Source: a virus
Lineage: Duplodnaviria > Caudoviricetes
IMG/VR virus record: IMGVR_UViG_3300048629_000034
Span: 49,116 to 113,115 of that record
DNA length: 64,000 nt
Strand: one strand, 5' to 3'
Below are positions 48,696 to 58,771 of the stretch, piece after piece. The notes beneath the pieces are model-generated. The model saw nothing but the letters and a program-made list of their open reading frames with translations, was not told where the DNA came from and ran no database searches. Position 1 is the first letter of the stretch; every line of letters begins with the position of its first letter. The translations under genes were made by a program, and so were the position numbers.

Positions 48696-48960
48696 CATTA
48701 TATTTACATTAAATTTAATAATGTTTCTTTATTTATTTTTTATAACATTTGACGGTATACTAAATGAATCGAGCATTAAAAAATATCATACATTGTTTAT
48801 AATTGAATTAATGCCTAATATAGAATTAACATTTTTAGGCAAGTTATTCTGGTTAATTGGATTAATAACAGTTTCGCCAGCCGTATTCGCTGTATTATTG
48901 ATATATTACACTTTTAATATATTAATAAGAGCAATAAAATATTTATTAATAAAGGAATAA
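48688..48960 (+). CDS. membrane protein
   Basis: multiple hydrophobic segments. Confidence 0.6.
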   Translation: MISIIFTLNLIMFLYLFFITFDGILNESSIKKYHTLFIIELMPNIELTFLGKLFWLIGLITVSPAVFAVLLIYYTFNILIRAIKYLLIKE

Positions 48961-48961
48961 A

Positions 48962-49261
48962 GTGAGTTTACAAACAACAGAAGATATGATACAAGATAAA
49001 GGTTTAAATGCACCTAGATTGACACCAGATATGATTAATGAGACAATAGTTAAAAAAGAATTTCATAAATTAACAGAAAGAATGACTATTTGTGTATTAA
49101 CGCTACAAAATGGTTTTGAGACTACAGGTGAAAGTACTTGTGTTAGTCCAGAAAATTATGATAGAGAAATTGGTGAGAAAATAGCATTTGAAAATGCTCG
49201 AGAGAAGATTTGGCTACTTGAAGGTTATTTATTAAAGCAAAGATTGTTTGAGGAAAAATAA
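48962..49261 (+). CDS. Gp49 (Phage_gp49_66) family protein, candidate nucleotide-sponge anti-defence
   Basis: APRLT..I..TICVLTL.NGF..TGES.CVSPENYD.EIG..IA..NA..KIW.LEGYLLK. Confidence 0.8.
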   Translation: MSLQTTEDMIQDKGLNAPRLTPDMINETIVKKEFHKLTERMTICVLTLQNGFETTGESTCVSPENYDREIGEKIAFENAREKIWLLEGYLLKQRLFEEK

Positions 49262-49262
49262 A

Positions 49263-49760
49263 ATGAAAATAATTAGAAAACAAGAAGCCGACGCAACATC
49301 AATGACTAGATTAGAATATAATAAGTTCAGAGGATGGGAATTACCTGATGATGAAAATGGTGATGACAAAGGATACAAATTAGTATCAGGTGACCATGTT
49401 AGTTGGATACCAGAAGAGATATTCCAAAAGGAATGTGTTGCTGAATCGAATTCAAAATCTTTAGGAAATACTGATGCAAATGGTGCTACTAAAAATGTAA
49501 AAGATATACAATTTTGGGGTGATGGAGATACATTTAAATTGATTTCAAAAGCATCTAGTCAAAATGAGGCATGGATGAAAAGCACAAAAGCTATGCAAAT
49601 TGATAATGTTGGTTGTGTAGTTCAAGTAACGACACAGCAAGGATCAAATGTTGCTGAAGCAGTTAATTTTGTCCCAGGTGTAAAAATTGAAGATATAATT
49701 GAAACAGATGAAGATTCTGAAGATGGAAAAATTATTGGTAGAAAATTAGTAGCTATCTAA
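49263..49760 (+). CDS. conserved two-domain phage protein
   Basis: MTR.EYN.FRGW.LP.DEN..D.GY...SW.P..F N-domain + WMKSTKAM..GCVVQVTTQQ domain. Confidence 0.7.
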   Translation: MKIIRKQEADATSMTRLEYNKFRGWELPDDENGDDKGYKLVSGDHVSWIPEEIFQKECVAESNSKSLGNTDANGATKNVKDIQFWGDGDTFKLISKASSQNEAWMKSTKAMQIDNVGCVVQVTTQQGSNVAEAVNFVPGVKIEDIIETDEDSEDGKIIGRKLVAI

Positions 49761-49793
49761 AAAACATAAGCATATAACATAGAAAGGAGATTA

Positions 49794-51272
49794 TTGGCAT
49801 TAACAAAAGAGCAACAAGCAGTAATTGATGAATTGAAAGAGGAAGGCTCAGATCTGGTACTTGTATCAGCTGTAGCTGGCTCGGGAAAGACGTTCACAAT
49901 TATAGAAGCAGTAAAAGCTTTGAATCCAAAGCATGGTAGGTACCTTGCATACAACAAGAAAATTGTAGAGGAAGTATTGCCTAAACTAAATGGAACCAAT
50001 GTTGGTGCCAGTACAATTCATTCTATGGCATATCAAGCAGTAATCTCTCGGAATAATCCATTAGTTAATGGCAAGAAGAGGCACATTGGTTCATTCAGAG
50101 AGTATGTGATTCGTAGGCATTTTCCTTCATTGGATCAATTTCAGCAAATCAAATGTGTAACAGAGATTAATAAATTTTGTTTATCAAAGTACACATCATT
50201 TCACGATTATGTTGACTACACATGGGATAATGACGCATTAGATGTAATTATCGAGCCATGCGTACAACTACTGCGAATGATGAAGACAGGAGAAATTGCA
50301 TGTACTCATGAGTTTTATCTGAAGCTATATCACCTATTATTGAAGTCTGGAGGAATCAAGCCTCCAGAAGAAGATCTAATTATTATAGATGAATTTGGAG
50401 ATATAACAGAAGTATCTCTTGAGATATTTATGTTGCTACCAGCTAAGAAGAAATTAGTAGCAGGAGATGAGCGACAAGCAATCTATACTTTTGCAGGAAC
50501 AGTAAATGGATTTGAGCGACTGAAGGGTCAGGGAGTGTTGCTTGGTCTAACAAAGACATTCAGAGTGTCAGCTCCAATTGCAGAAGCAATACAGAAGTTC
50601 TGTAATCTGCATATCGATCCTGATATGAAGTTCATTGGCGTGGATATTCCTGATGATACAATCGAATCCAGAATGTATATCACACGAGGTAATTCACAAT
50701 TAATCGGTAAGATCATTGAGTTGAATAATCAGGGGCAGGACTACATATTAGCACGTGAGGCAGATAGGATATTTGAGCTATTAATTACTCTATTATTTCT
50801 TAAGCCAGGTCGTGAAGTATTTTCGAAGGATTATAAATTCCTAGAGAAGGATGCTATGGAGTGGGATGGTTCTGCTGCATTGAAACTACAATACAAGTCA
50901 CTTAGAGGCTATATCGCATCTAAACATAGTATGGATGTATCAATCAAGTCAGCAATAACTATATTAGCTAAGTATTCTGCAGAGGAAATATTGGAAGCTA
51001 AGCGAATGGCTAAAGAGCATGAAACGAAGAATCTTGAGTCAGCTAGAGGCTATGTTTTAGGGACTTCGTTTAGCCTGAAAGGGCTTCAAAGTGACCATGT
51101 AGAGATAGCAGATGATTTAAATAACGCAGTAGAGAAAGTACTAGCCAAGAAGCCACATGAACGTTCTGCTGATGACAAAACGATGTTGCTTCTTTATTAT
51201 GTAGCGGTATCTAGAGTAAAGAAGAAGTTAATTAATGCAAAATTCATTGACGTTCCATTGGAGTGTCTATAA
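49794..51272 (+). CDS. UvrD/Rep-like SF1 helicase
   Basis: AVAGSGKT, LAYNK, STIHS, IDEFGD, GDERQAIY.F.G, LTKTFR, YVAVSR. Confidence 0.9.
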   Translation: MALTKEQQAVIDELKEEGSDLVLVSAVAGSGKTFTIIEAVKALNPKHGRYLAYNKKIVEEVLPKLNGTNVGASTIHSMAYQAVISRNNPLVNGKKRHIGSFREYVIRRHFPSLDQFQQIKCVTEINKFCLSKYTSFHDYVDYTWDNDALDVIIEPCVQLLRMMKTGEIACTHEFYLKLYHLLLKSGGIKPPEEDLIIIDEFGDITEVSLEIFMLLPAKKKLVAGDERQAIYTFAGTVNGFERLKGQGVLLGLTKTFRVSAPIAEAIQKFCNLHIDPDMKFIGVDIPDDTIESRMYITRGNSQLIGKIIELNNQGQDYILAREADRIFELLITLLFLKPGREVFSKDYKFLEKDAMEWDGSAALKLQYKSLRGYIASKHSMDVSIKSAITILAKYSAEEILEAKRMAKEHETKNLESARGYVLGTSFSLKGLQSDHVEIADDLNNAVEKVLAKKPHERSADDKTMLLLYYVAVSRVKKKLINAKFIDVPLECL

Positions 51273-51362
51273 TGGCAATTATATGCAATAAATGCAAACA
51301 ACACAACATCTACATGAATGAATATTGCTGTAGATGTGGAAATAAACTAAAGGAAGAAAATA

Positions 51363-54300
51363 ATGAGTAATATTATGATCAAGAAGAGAGACGGTTCCGT
51401 ACAGCCTCTCAATGTTGAGAATATTAGAAAGCAAACAATACCAGCATGCGAAGGATTATCTGGTGTATCATATGAAGATCTAGAACTATCTGCGCATATA
51501 TCATTTGTAGATGGTATGAAATCATCAGATATACAAGAATTGCTAATTAAGACTGCATTATCTAAAGTAGATGTAGATGGACCTAACTGGACATTTGTTG
51601 CAGAACGACTAGCTTTGTATGAATTATATCATGCAATCAAAAGAGAGTATGATAAAGTTGGTTCTGGTGATGTGTATACAAGAGTAACTCTATTTGATTA
51701 TTTCAACAAATGTAGAGATACATTTAGTGATTTTATTGATAAGTACACAGCAGACGACATTTGGGAATTGAATAAAATTATAGATCCAGATAGGGATTTA
51801 TTATTTGATTATGCTGGATTTGAAGCATGTAGAGACAGATATCTACACAGAATTGAGGGTAGAATAGTTGAATTGCCTCAACATATGCATATGGCAATTG
51901 CTATGTTCATGGCATCAGTTGAAGAACCAAATGACAGACTTGAATATGCAAAACAATTCTATAATGCAACTTCAACATTAAAATTTATCAACGCAACTCC
52001 AATCAACTCTAACGGCAGAATCAAGAATGGTTCAACTGCATCTTGTATGGTTACGTCTATCCCTGATAATCTTAATGGAATTTTTGATGGAGCTAAACTT
52101 GTAGCTCAAGGTAGCAAATCTGGAGCAGGTTGGGGTATCGACTGGACTAGGCTTAGAGCATCTGGATCAACTATCAACGGTAGACCAAATAGTTCTAATG
52201 GACCAGTACCATTTCTGAAGATATTTAATGATATAGCGATAGCAGTTAATCAAGGTGGAAGACGAGCTGGAGCATTTGCTGTATATATGGAAACATGGCA
52301 TATTGATATATTTGATTTTCTTGATATGACGAAGAAGTCTGGAGAAGAAAGACTTAGAGCACAGGATTTATTCCTTGTGGTATCTGCTTCCGACTTGTTT
52401 ATGAATAGGGTTAAAAATGACGAATTGTTTACATTATTTGATCCATACGACACTCCTGAGTTAACAGAATGTTACGGTGATGAGTTTGAACATGTATATT
52501 GTGATTACGAATCACAATTTCTAGCTAATCCAAGCAAGTTTAATGTCAAAACTAAGCAGATCAAAGCGAAAGATTTAATGAGAAAACTTGTAGTATCGTA
52601 CTTTGAAGAGGGTCAGCCTTGGTGGTTCTTTAAAGACACTACGAACAGATATCATAATAACCCAGAAATGGGAATTATTAGATCATCAAATTTATGTGTA
52701 ACTGGAGATACTAAAGTACTAACTAAAAAATATGGATACATTCCAATTCAAGATGCAGCTGGAAAAACACTAAAATGTTGGGATGGGAAACAGTGGACAA
52801 AAACAAAGTTATTTAAGACATCTGATGGACAGCAAGTAGATGAAGTGTTTCTATCTAATGGATTTTCAATAAAAGCTACTCCATACCATAAATGGTATAA
52901 AATACTTCAAGACAAAAGAGGAAAACTGCTTGGGTCAAAAGAAGTCAGAACACACGAGCTATGTGTAGGAGATAAATTAATAAAGTTTAATATAGAACCA
53001 GTAACCCACGGAACAAAGAAACTGAATTACGCATATGAAAATGGGTTTTTGTCAGGAGATGGAATAGATGTAAATAAGTCAACAAAAAGAATAGCATTGT
53101 ATAACGAAAAGAAAGAATTATTATCTTCATTTTCGAACTATGATTTTGTATCAGAAAATAATACAGGTAATAAGTCTGGTGGAACTAGATTTAATTTAAC
53201 ATATAAAGACAAACTTAAAAGAAAATACTATGTGCCATCAAGCAAATACAGTGTAGATTCAAGACTGAAATGGCTAGCTGGATTATTCGATGCTGATGGA
53301 ACGCTAACTACAAATAATGGCACAGAATCGATACAAATAGCATCTATAGAGCACAGCTTTTTAAAGAAAGTATATTTATTACTACAAGAATTAGGAATAC
53401 AAGCGAAAGTAGTAGGTGGAATAGAAGAAGGATTTAGGGTATTGCCAAAAAACAATGGAACCGGCGAGTCCAAAGAATATTGGTGCAAAGAAACTAAAAG
53501 ACTAATTATACCACATTCTGAGTTGAACAAATTGCTTTCAATTGGATACAAGGCAAACAGAGTTATGCCGAACTACAAGGATCTAAACAGAGAAGCAAAA
53601 CAATTTATCAAAATAACAAAGATAACTGAAATAGAAGAATTAGTGCCAACTTACTGCGGAGAAACAAGAAGCAAAGAACACAAACTTATGTTTAATGGTG
53701 TTCTAACTGGGAACTGTACAGAATTTATGAATCCAACAACAGAGGATGAAGTGGCAGTATGTAATCTTGGTTCAATTAATCTTGCTAGAATTGTAGACGA
53801 AGATGACTTAATTTACATATCTAAATTAGCAACACGTATGTTAGACAATGTAGTATCAGTTACTGATTATCCAAATAAAGAATCAGAGCAGACACAACTA
53901 AGTAGACGTTCAATTGGAATTGGACTATTAGGAGAAGCTCAAGTAGTTGCAAACAATCAAATCTATTATACTTCTGATGCTCACGAACAAATCATTCATG
54001 AAATATATGGAACGGCATCTGGAGCAATCCAGGAGGCTACAGAGGAACTTGCACAGGAAAAGGGTGCATTAGCTAACAAATCAGTTAGAAATGCATATAC
54101 AATGTGTGTAGCACCAAATTCTACATCTGGATTATTTGCAGGAACAACTAATTCTCATGAACCAACTTATGATAGAGTATGGATCGAAGAGAATAAACTT
54201 GGTAACATTAAGATGACAGCACCTGGAATTTGTCCAGAAAATTGGGAATATTACCAAAATCCATATGAATTGGATCAGAAGAAGATGATAGATATGACTG

Positions 54301-54503
54301 CAATTAGACAGCAGTACATTGATATGGGAATCTCTCATAATCTATTCTTCGACCCAGAACAAACTACAGCAAAAGATATACTTGATGCAATTATGCATGC
54401 ATGGGACAAGGGACTTAAATCATTATACTATTTAAGATCTCAACCACCATCAAACAATAAGATCAAGGAAACAAAAATATCTTGTGTTGGATGTGAAAAC
54501 TAA
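51363..54503 (+). CDS. nrdA: class Ia ribonucleotide reductase alpha subunit with intein
   Basis: ATP-cone (IKKRDG), ATP..N, SC, QGGRRAGA, SNL|C-TE, CNLGSINL, APNSTS, KSLYY, C-terminal CVGC. Confidence 0.95.
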   Translation: MSNIMIKKRDGSVQPLNVENIRKQTIPACEGLSGVSYEDLELSAHISFVDGMKSSDIQELLIKTALSKVDVDGPNWTFVAERLALYELYHAIKREYDKVGSGDVYTRVTLFDYFNKCRDTFSDFIDKYTADDIWELNKIIDPDRDLLFDYAGFEACRDRYLHRIEGRIVELPQHMHMAIAMFMASVEEPNDRLEYAKQFYNATSTLKFINATPINSNGRIKNGSTASCMVTSIPDNLNGIFDGAKLVAQGSKSGAGWGIDWTRLRASGSTINGRPNSSNGPVPFLKIFNDIAIAVNQGGRRAGAFAVYMETWHIDIFDFLDMTKKSGEERLRAQDLFLVVSASDLFMNRVKNDELFTLFDPYDTPELTECYGDEFEHVYCDYESQFLANPSKFNVKTKQIKAKDLMRKLVVSYFEEGQPWWFFKDTTNRYHNNPEMGIIRSSNLCVTGDTKVLTKKYGYIPIQDAAGKTLKCWDGKQWTKTKLFKTSDGQQVDEVFLSNGFSIKATPYHKWYKILQDKRGKLLGSKEVRTHELCVGDKLIKFNIEPVTHGTKKLNYAYENGFLSGDGIDVNKSTKRIALYNEKKELLSSFSNYDFVSENNTGNKSGGTRFNLTYKDKLKRKYYVPSSKYSVDSRLKWLAGLFDADGTLTTNNGTESIQIASIEHSFLKKVYLLLQELGIQAKVVGGIEEGFRVLPKNNGTGESKEYWCKETKRLIIPHSELNKLLSIGYKANRVMPNYKDLNREAKQFIKITKITEIEELVPTYCGETRSKEHKLMFNGVLTGNCTEFMNPTTEDEVAVCNLGSINLARIVDEDDLIYISKLATRMLDNVVSVTDYPNKESEQTQLSRRSIGIGLLGEAQVVANNQIYYTSDAHEQIIHEIYGTASGAIQEATEELAQEKGALANKSVRNAYTMCVAPNSTSGLFAGTTNSHEPTYDRVWIEENKLGNIKMTAPGICPENWEYYQNPYELDQKKMIDMTAIRQQYIDMGISHNLFFDPEQTTAKDILDAIMHAWDKGLKSLYYLRSQPPSNNKIKETKISCVGCEN
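52695..53714 (+). mobile_element. 340-aa intein with LAGLIDADG homing endonuclease
   Basis: begins CVTGDT after SNL, ends LTGN before catalytic C-TE; ENGFLSGDG and WLAGLFDADG motifs. Confidence 0.92.
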
Positions 54504-54513
54504 AAGGAGAATT

Positions 54514-55548
54514 ATGAATAAAAAGAAAATATTTAACTTAGACTCTAAGGAGCAATTCAACGGGGCTACCATTTTAAATGGTGACCCTAGTGGAATCTTT
54601 AGTTTCAATCAAACGAACCATTTATGGGCAAATACTCTATATGAGAATATGTTGGCACGTACTTGGTTTCCTAAGCAGGTAAATGTAGCAGTTGATAAGA
54701 CAAACTATAACAACTTAATTGACTCAGAAAAGCGCATGTATGATCTAGTATTAGCTCAATTAATTACTAATGATTCAATCCAGACAAATCAACTAATGGA
54801 TTCAATCAATCAATATATTACAAGTCCAATTGTGAATGCTTGTATAGCACGTCAAACTTTTGAAGAGAGCCTCCATTCTCAGTCTTATGCAGTTATGGCA
54901 GAAGATATATGTGGAGACACGGACAGAATTTACGATATGCATAATCACGATAATGAATTATTTATGAAGAATAAAGCAGTTCAGGATATGTATGGTTCTT
55001 TATATTCTGGTGATAATCCATCTGATGAAGATATCTTGGTTGCATTTGGGGCTAATCAGATACTAGAAGAATTAGTATTTCCAGGTGGATTTGTAGCATT
55101 ATTTAGTCTTGATAAGAAGATGCCTGGAACAGTGTCTATGATAGTTGAGATCGCTAAAGATGAGACCCTCTCGCATGTACCTCTATTCAAAAACATTTTT
55201 AGAGCGGCTATATCTGAGTCTTTTGATGGGGTAGTTCCTGCAGACGTTCAGAAACGAATTACTAACATGGTAATTGCTATGACAAATGCAGAAAAAAGAT
55301 GGACAAAGTATGTAACAAAAGGCGTTCTTGGGTTCAGTGATAATTCTATTGACATCTTCGTAGAAAGCAAAGCAAATTCAGTAATGAAAAACCTTGGATT
55401 ACCATTGATCTATAGAGAAGCAGAAAATAATCCGTTAGGAGATTTATTAAATAAATTTATTAGAGGTGGAGACATCAAAACCAGAAGCGCATTCTTTGAG
55501 AAAAATGTAGTTGATTACAGCAAAGGCACTCTTGAGGTTGACTTCTAA
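54514..55548 (+). CDS. nrdB: ribonucleotide reductase beta subunit
   Basis: WFP, DSIQ, EESLHSQSY, LEELVF..GF, DETLSH; ATG 54514 with AGGAG RBS. Confidence 0.93.
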   Translation: MNKKKIFNLDSKEQFNGATILNGDPSGIFSFNQTNHLWANTLYENMLARTWFPKQVNVAVDKTNYNNLIDSEKRMYDLVLAQLITNDSIQTNQLMDSINQYITSPIVNACIARQTFEESLHSQSYAVMAEDICGDTDRIYDMHNHDNELFMKNKAVQDMYGSLYSGDNPSDEDILVAFGANQILEELVFPGGFVALFSLDKKMPGTVSMIVEIAKDETLSHVPLFKNIFRAAISESFDGVVPADVQKRITNMVIAMTNAEKRWTKYVTKGVLGFSDNSIDIFVESKANSVMKNLGLPLIYREAENNPLGDLLNKFIRGGDIKTRSAFFEKNVVDYSKGTLEVDF

Positions 55549-55757
55549 TGAAAACGCCAGAAGAAGTTAGAGATATAATCAGACAAGTTAAATCAGGAGA
55601 GATTTATCTCTCTTGCTTTGATTGTGGAGATAAATATCGAATCAAAGACATATATGATGGAACTTTTACATGCAGAATAGCTAAATGCGGTATATGCGGT
55701 GAAGAAAAAGAAGTATCATCTGCAAAGAAGATATTTGGATATCATAGATTTTTATAA
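55548..55757 (+). CDS. zinc-finger protein
   Basis: CFDC...CGIC. Confidence 0.6.
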   Translation: MKTPEEVRDIIRQVKSGEIYLSCFDCGDKYRIKDIYDGTFTCRIAKCGICGEEKEVSSAKKIFGYHRFL

Positions 55758-55769
55758 AAAGGAGAATTA

Positions 55770-56114
55770 ATGAGTAGTGCAGAATATGCGATAATGGAAG
55801 CACAAATGGAAAACGAGAGACTGAAGCAAATAAATGAAGATACAGCATTAGCAATGAGATTATATGAATCTGTAGATTCAAATCAGAGTGATAATAATGG
55901 AGGTTCAACTTCGTATTATGAATTACCTAATGGAGCATCGGAGCTTCAGGATCTAATTGAGCACAATAATATGAGCTGGAACCAAGCAAATGTATTTAAA
56001 GCTATGTATCGATACGGTAGATGTGGTCATAGTGATCAGATAAGAGATGTGAATAAGTGTATTTGGTTCTTGAAGAGAGAGCTGATATTGCTAACAAAGA
56101 ATAGTGATGGATAA
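55770..56114 (+). CDS. DUF3310-like phage protein
   Basis: GGSTSYY..LQDLIE..ANVFKA.YR.G..D..K..WF. Confidence 0.7.
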   Translation: MSSAEYAIMEAQMENERLKQINEDTALAMRLYESVDSNQSDNNGGSTSYYELPNGASELQDLIEHNNMSWNQANVFKAMYRYGRCGHSDQIRDVNKCIWFLKRELILLTKNSDG

Positions 56115-56210
56115 CACAGAATATCTTTTTTATACTGCAGAATTTGCAATAATAATTAACACTATAATTCAAGTAAGTTGGTTTTATATTACAGTATTGA
56201 GGAAGAAATA

Positions 56211-56690
56211 ATGTTTCCTGAGCGCTTTATCTCGCCATTTGAGTATAAGCCTAAGCTAATTACGTCATATGACTCACAGACAGATGATGATGAATGGTTA
56301 TCTGGTATAATTTCTTATGCAGACATTTATCTTGGATTTAACCTTAATGAAGAACCAACTAGAATGGTATACAGTGAAAACATTCAGGATCACTGGACAA
56401 GAGCTAATTCTTTGTATGATGTTATTGAATATATTGGTTCTGATGTAACTAGAATTGATGTGTACGATAAGCATACAGATATATTTATTGAGAATAAACC
56501 AGCTATAGAAATAAAACCACTAAATCAAAGAACCGACAACAAGATAATTGAGTATATAATCTCTGAGTATTGTGTTGGTCTCGATGAGTATCTTGGATAC
56601 AGAAGAACAACGTTTGGAAAGAAGTTTAGTGATAAAATAATCAAGCAGGAATTACTTGATTATTTATGGAAACTATCAGAACGAAAATAA
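56211..56690 (+). CDS. hypothetical protein
   Basis: GAGG RBS before ATG 56211. Confidence 0.6.
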   Translation: MFPERFISPFEYKPKLITSYDSQTDDDEWLSGIISYADIYLGFNLNEEPTRMVYSENIQDHWTRANSLYDVIEYIGSDVTRIDVYDKHTDIFIENKPAIEIKPLNQRTDNKIIEYIISEYCVGLDEYLGYRRTTFGKKFSDKIIKQELLDYLWKLSERK

Positions 56691-56703
56691 AAAAGGAGAA
56701 ACA

Positions 56704-57348
56704 ATGAAAGTAAAATTAAAGAATATAACCCCACTGGTATTGTGTAGTAATGCAATAAGACAGTGTCATAACACTCTAGATAAATCAGACAATGGTGGAG
56801 AAAAAGATTTGGCACTTATAAACAGAGTGGGATGTAAAATGAAACATGAGTCTACTATTGAAATGATTATTGTTCATCTTGATATCTCTGGTATCAGCAG
56901 ATCTCTACTTCAAGAGTGGTCAAGAACACGAATAATGAGCCAAACAGTTAAGAGTAGCAGATACACTCTTGGTGAATTGAAAAACGAAGAGTCTTTCTTG
57001 CCGAATACTACAGAAAATACAAACAGAGCAAAACAATATATAGTATTTACAGGCGTTCAGTCTGTTGATTATATGTCAACATTAGCATTAGAAAATCTTA
57101 GATTGTTGGTTCAGCAAGGTATATCTAATGACAAACTAAAGTATGCTATGCCAGAGTCATTTAAAACTTCATTATCCTGCTGTTTTAACTTCCGTTCACT
57201 ACGGAATATGCTAAGTCTTAGATCTGGGAAATCGGCACTATGGGAGTACAGACTACTTGCTAGAGCTATATATGAAGCGATACCATCTGAATATCATTTT
57301 CTGCTTGAGGACTGCATGAATGATCAAGACTTATATGGAGAAAATTGA
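56704..57348 (+). CDS. thyX: FAD-dependent thymidylate synthase
   Basis: HESTIE, SRSLLQEWSRTR..SQTVKSSRY, NFRSLRNMLSLR, ALWEYR. Confidence 0.88.
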   Translation: MKVKLKNITPLVLCSNAIRQCHNTLDKSDNGGEKDLALINRVGCKMKHESTIEMIIVHLDISGISRSLLQEWSRTRIMSQTVKSSRYTLGELKNEESFLPNTTENTNRAKQYIVFTGVQSVDYMSTLALENLRLLVQQGISNDKLKYAMPESFKTSLSCCFNFRSLRNMLSLRSGKSALWEYRLLARAIYEAIPSEYHFLLEDCMNDQDLYGEN

Positions 57349-57605
57349 TGAAGGCTTTAATGGTACATGAAAAGAATTGGCAACCATATATAGATATATG
57401 TGACAATGATAATAAAGAGAATAATCCGGCACTATATATAGAATGGACAAATGACTTAGGAGAATATGAGCTTAGAATAGAAGTAACTGAACTATCAGAA
57501 AATGCAGTAAATGATTTAGAAGAACTGTATTACGATAACTTAGTTTCGATAGGTGACAAGTATGAACCATTAAATGATTTTGAATATCTAATTCTTTGGA
57601 AGTAG
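57345..57605 (+). CDS. acidic hypothetical protein
   Basis: overlapping start, GGAG RBS. Confidence 0.6.
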   Translation: MMKALMVHEKNWQPYIDICDNDNKENNPALYIEWTNDLGEYELRIEVTELSENAVNDLEELYYDNLVSIGDKYEPLNDFEYLILWK

Positions 57606-57718
57606 TATAATAGTTGTGCGTGTGCGATATGCTCAAACTGCGCCCGAGACACTGGAGCCAAGATGCACTCCAGGAGAGCACGCACGTAAGTCATCATATA
57701 AACATTAAGGAAATAACA

Positions 57719-58006
57719 ATGAATAAAAGAACAACAAAAAAAGATTTTGCAGCTAAATTAGCTGAAGCTTGCGACATGAAGAAAACAGAAGCAGAGAACG
57801 TAGTAAATGCATTTTTAGATACATTAACAAATGAGCTTAAAGATGGAAATAAAGTACAGTTTATTGGATTTGGTTCTTTTGAATCAAAAACTAGAGCAGC
57901 TAGAGAAGGTAGAAATCCATCAACTGGAGCTACTATGACGATTCCAGCACATAATACAGTTAAGTTTTCTGTTGGATCTGATCTTAAAGGAGCAATTAAT
58001 GGCTAG
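57719..58006 (+). CDS. hup: HU family DNA-binding protein
   Basis: KVQFIGFGSF..RAAREGRNPSTG..I.A..VKF; ATG 57719 with AAGGA RBS. Confidence 0.93.
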   Translation: MNKRTTKKDFAAKLAEACDMKKTEAENVVNAFLDTLTNELKDGNKVQFIGFGSFESKTRAAREGRNPSTGATMTIPAHNTVKFSVGSDLKGAING

Positions 58007-58292
58007 TGAATACAAATCAATCAGAATAGGAACATTAGAAGATTTAGTTGAAGATCTTGGTAAAATGAGAAATATTGTAGAAGAATCTGTAAATGAATTT
58101 ATGGAAAAATCAACTGATAATGAAGATTGTGAATGCGATGCGGAGGATTGTACAAATGGAGTTGGTCAAATTGAAGCAGCAATTGACAATATTCTTGTAC
58201 AGATTGCAAATGAGAAAGCATCAAGTAATTTAAAGAACCAAACGATGGCATTCAAGAACATGATGGAAGCACTTTCTTTAGCAGGCAGATAA
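57999..58292 (+). CDS. hypothetical protein
   Basis: AAGGAG RBS before ATG 57999. Confidence 0.65.
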   Translation: MASEYKSIRIGTLEDLVEDLGKMRNIVEESVNEFMEKSTDNEDCECDAEDCTNGVGQIEAAIDNILVQIANEKASSNLKNQTMAFKNMMEALSLAGR

Positions 58293-58715
58293 ATGACGAA
58301 TAAGAAGCAATTATTTGAAACAGTAGAAGGTATTTGTGAATTGAATAATAAATGGGGCAATACGCATGGCACACATGATGCTAAGCTTGGAGCCTCATTA
58401 TTAATCGAGGAAGCGTTAGAAGGCATATGTGTAGTCAATGCGAAGGAAGTATCACGTAATATTGTATCCAAGTACTATCTTGCTGATCCTGAGCCTGTTG
58501 ATTCGTTCGATTCTGCGTGCGATGCAATATACATTTCTATCGGAAATCTACATAAGATGGGATTAACTCCACATCAGATAGCAGATGGATTAGCAGCTGT
58601 ACATAAATGCAATCTAGCTAAATCTGGCACACAAGACAGTCACGGTAAGATTACTAAGCCTACTGATTTTGTAGGCCCTGAGGACAAACTTCAGTCAATA
58701 ATTGACAATCATTAA
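58293..58715 (+). CDS. MazG-like / HAD-PRA-PH-type NTP pyrophosphohydrolase
   Basis: EEALE, DSACDAIY..IG, VH.CN..K, GKI.KP..F..P. Confidence 0.75.
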   Translation: MTNKKQLFETVEGICELNNKWGNTHGTHDAKLGASLLIEEALEGICVVNAKEVSRNIVSKYYLADPEPVDSFDSACDAIYISIGNLHKMGLTPHQIADGLAAVHKCNLAKSGTQDSHGKITKPTDFVGPEDKLQSIIDNH

Positions 58716-58726
58716 TTAGTATATAT

Positions 58727-58763
58727 AGAACCAACACAGATATCATTAGTCTATGTTGGTTCT
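58727..58763. terminator. hairpin between convergent middle and late genes (probable bidirectional terminator)
   Basis: AGAACCAACA / TGTTGGTTCT inverted repeat. Confidence 0.55.
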
Positions 58764-58771
58764 GGTATGTA

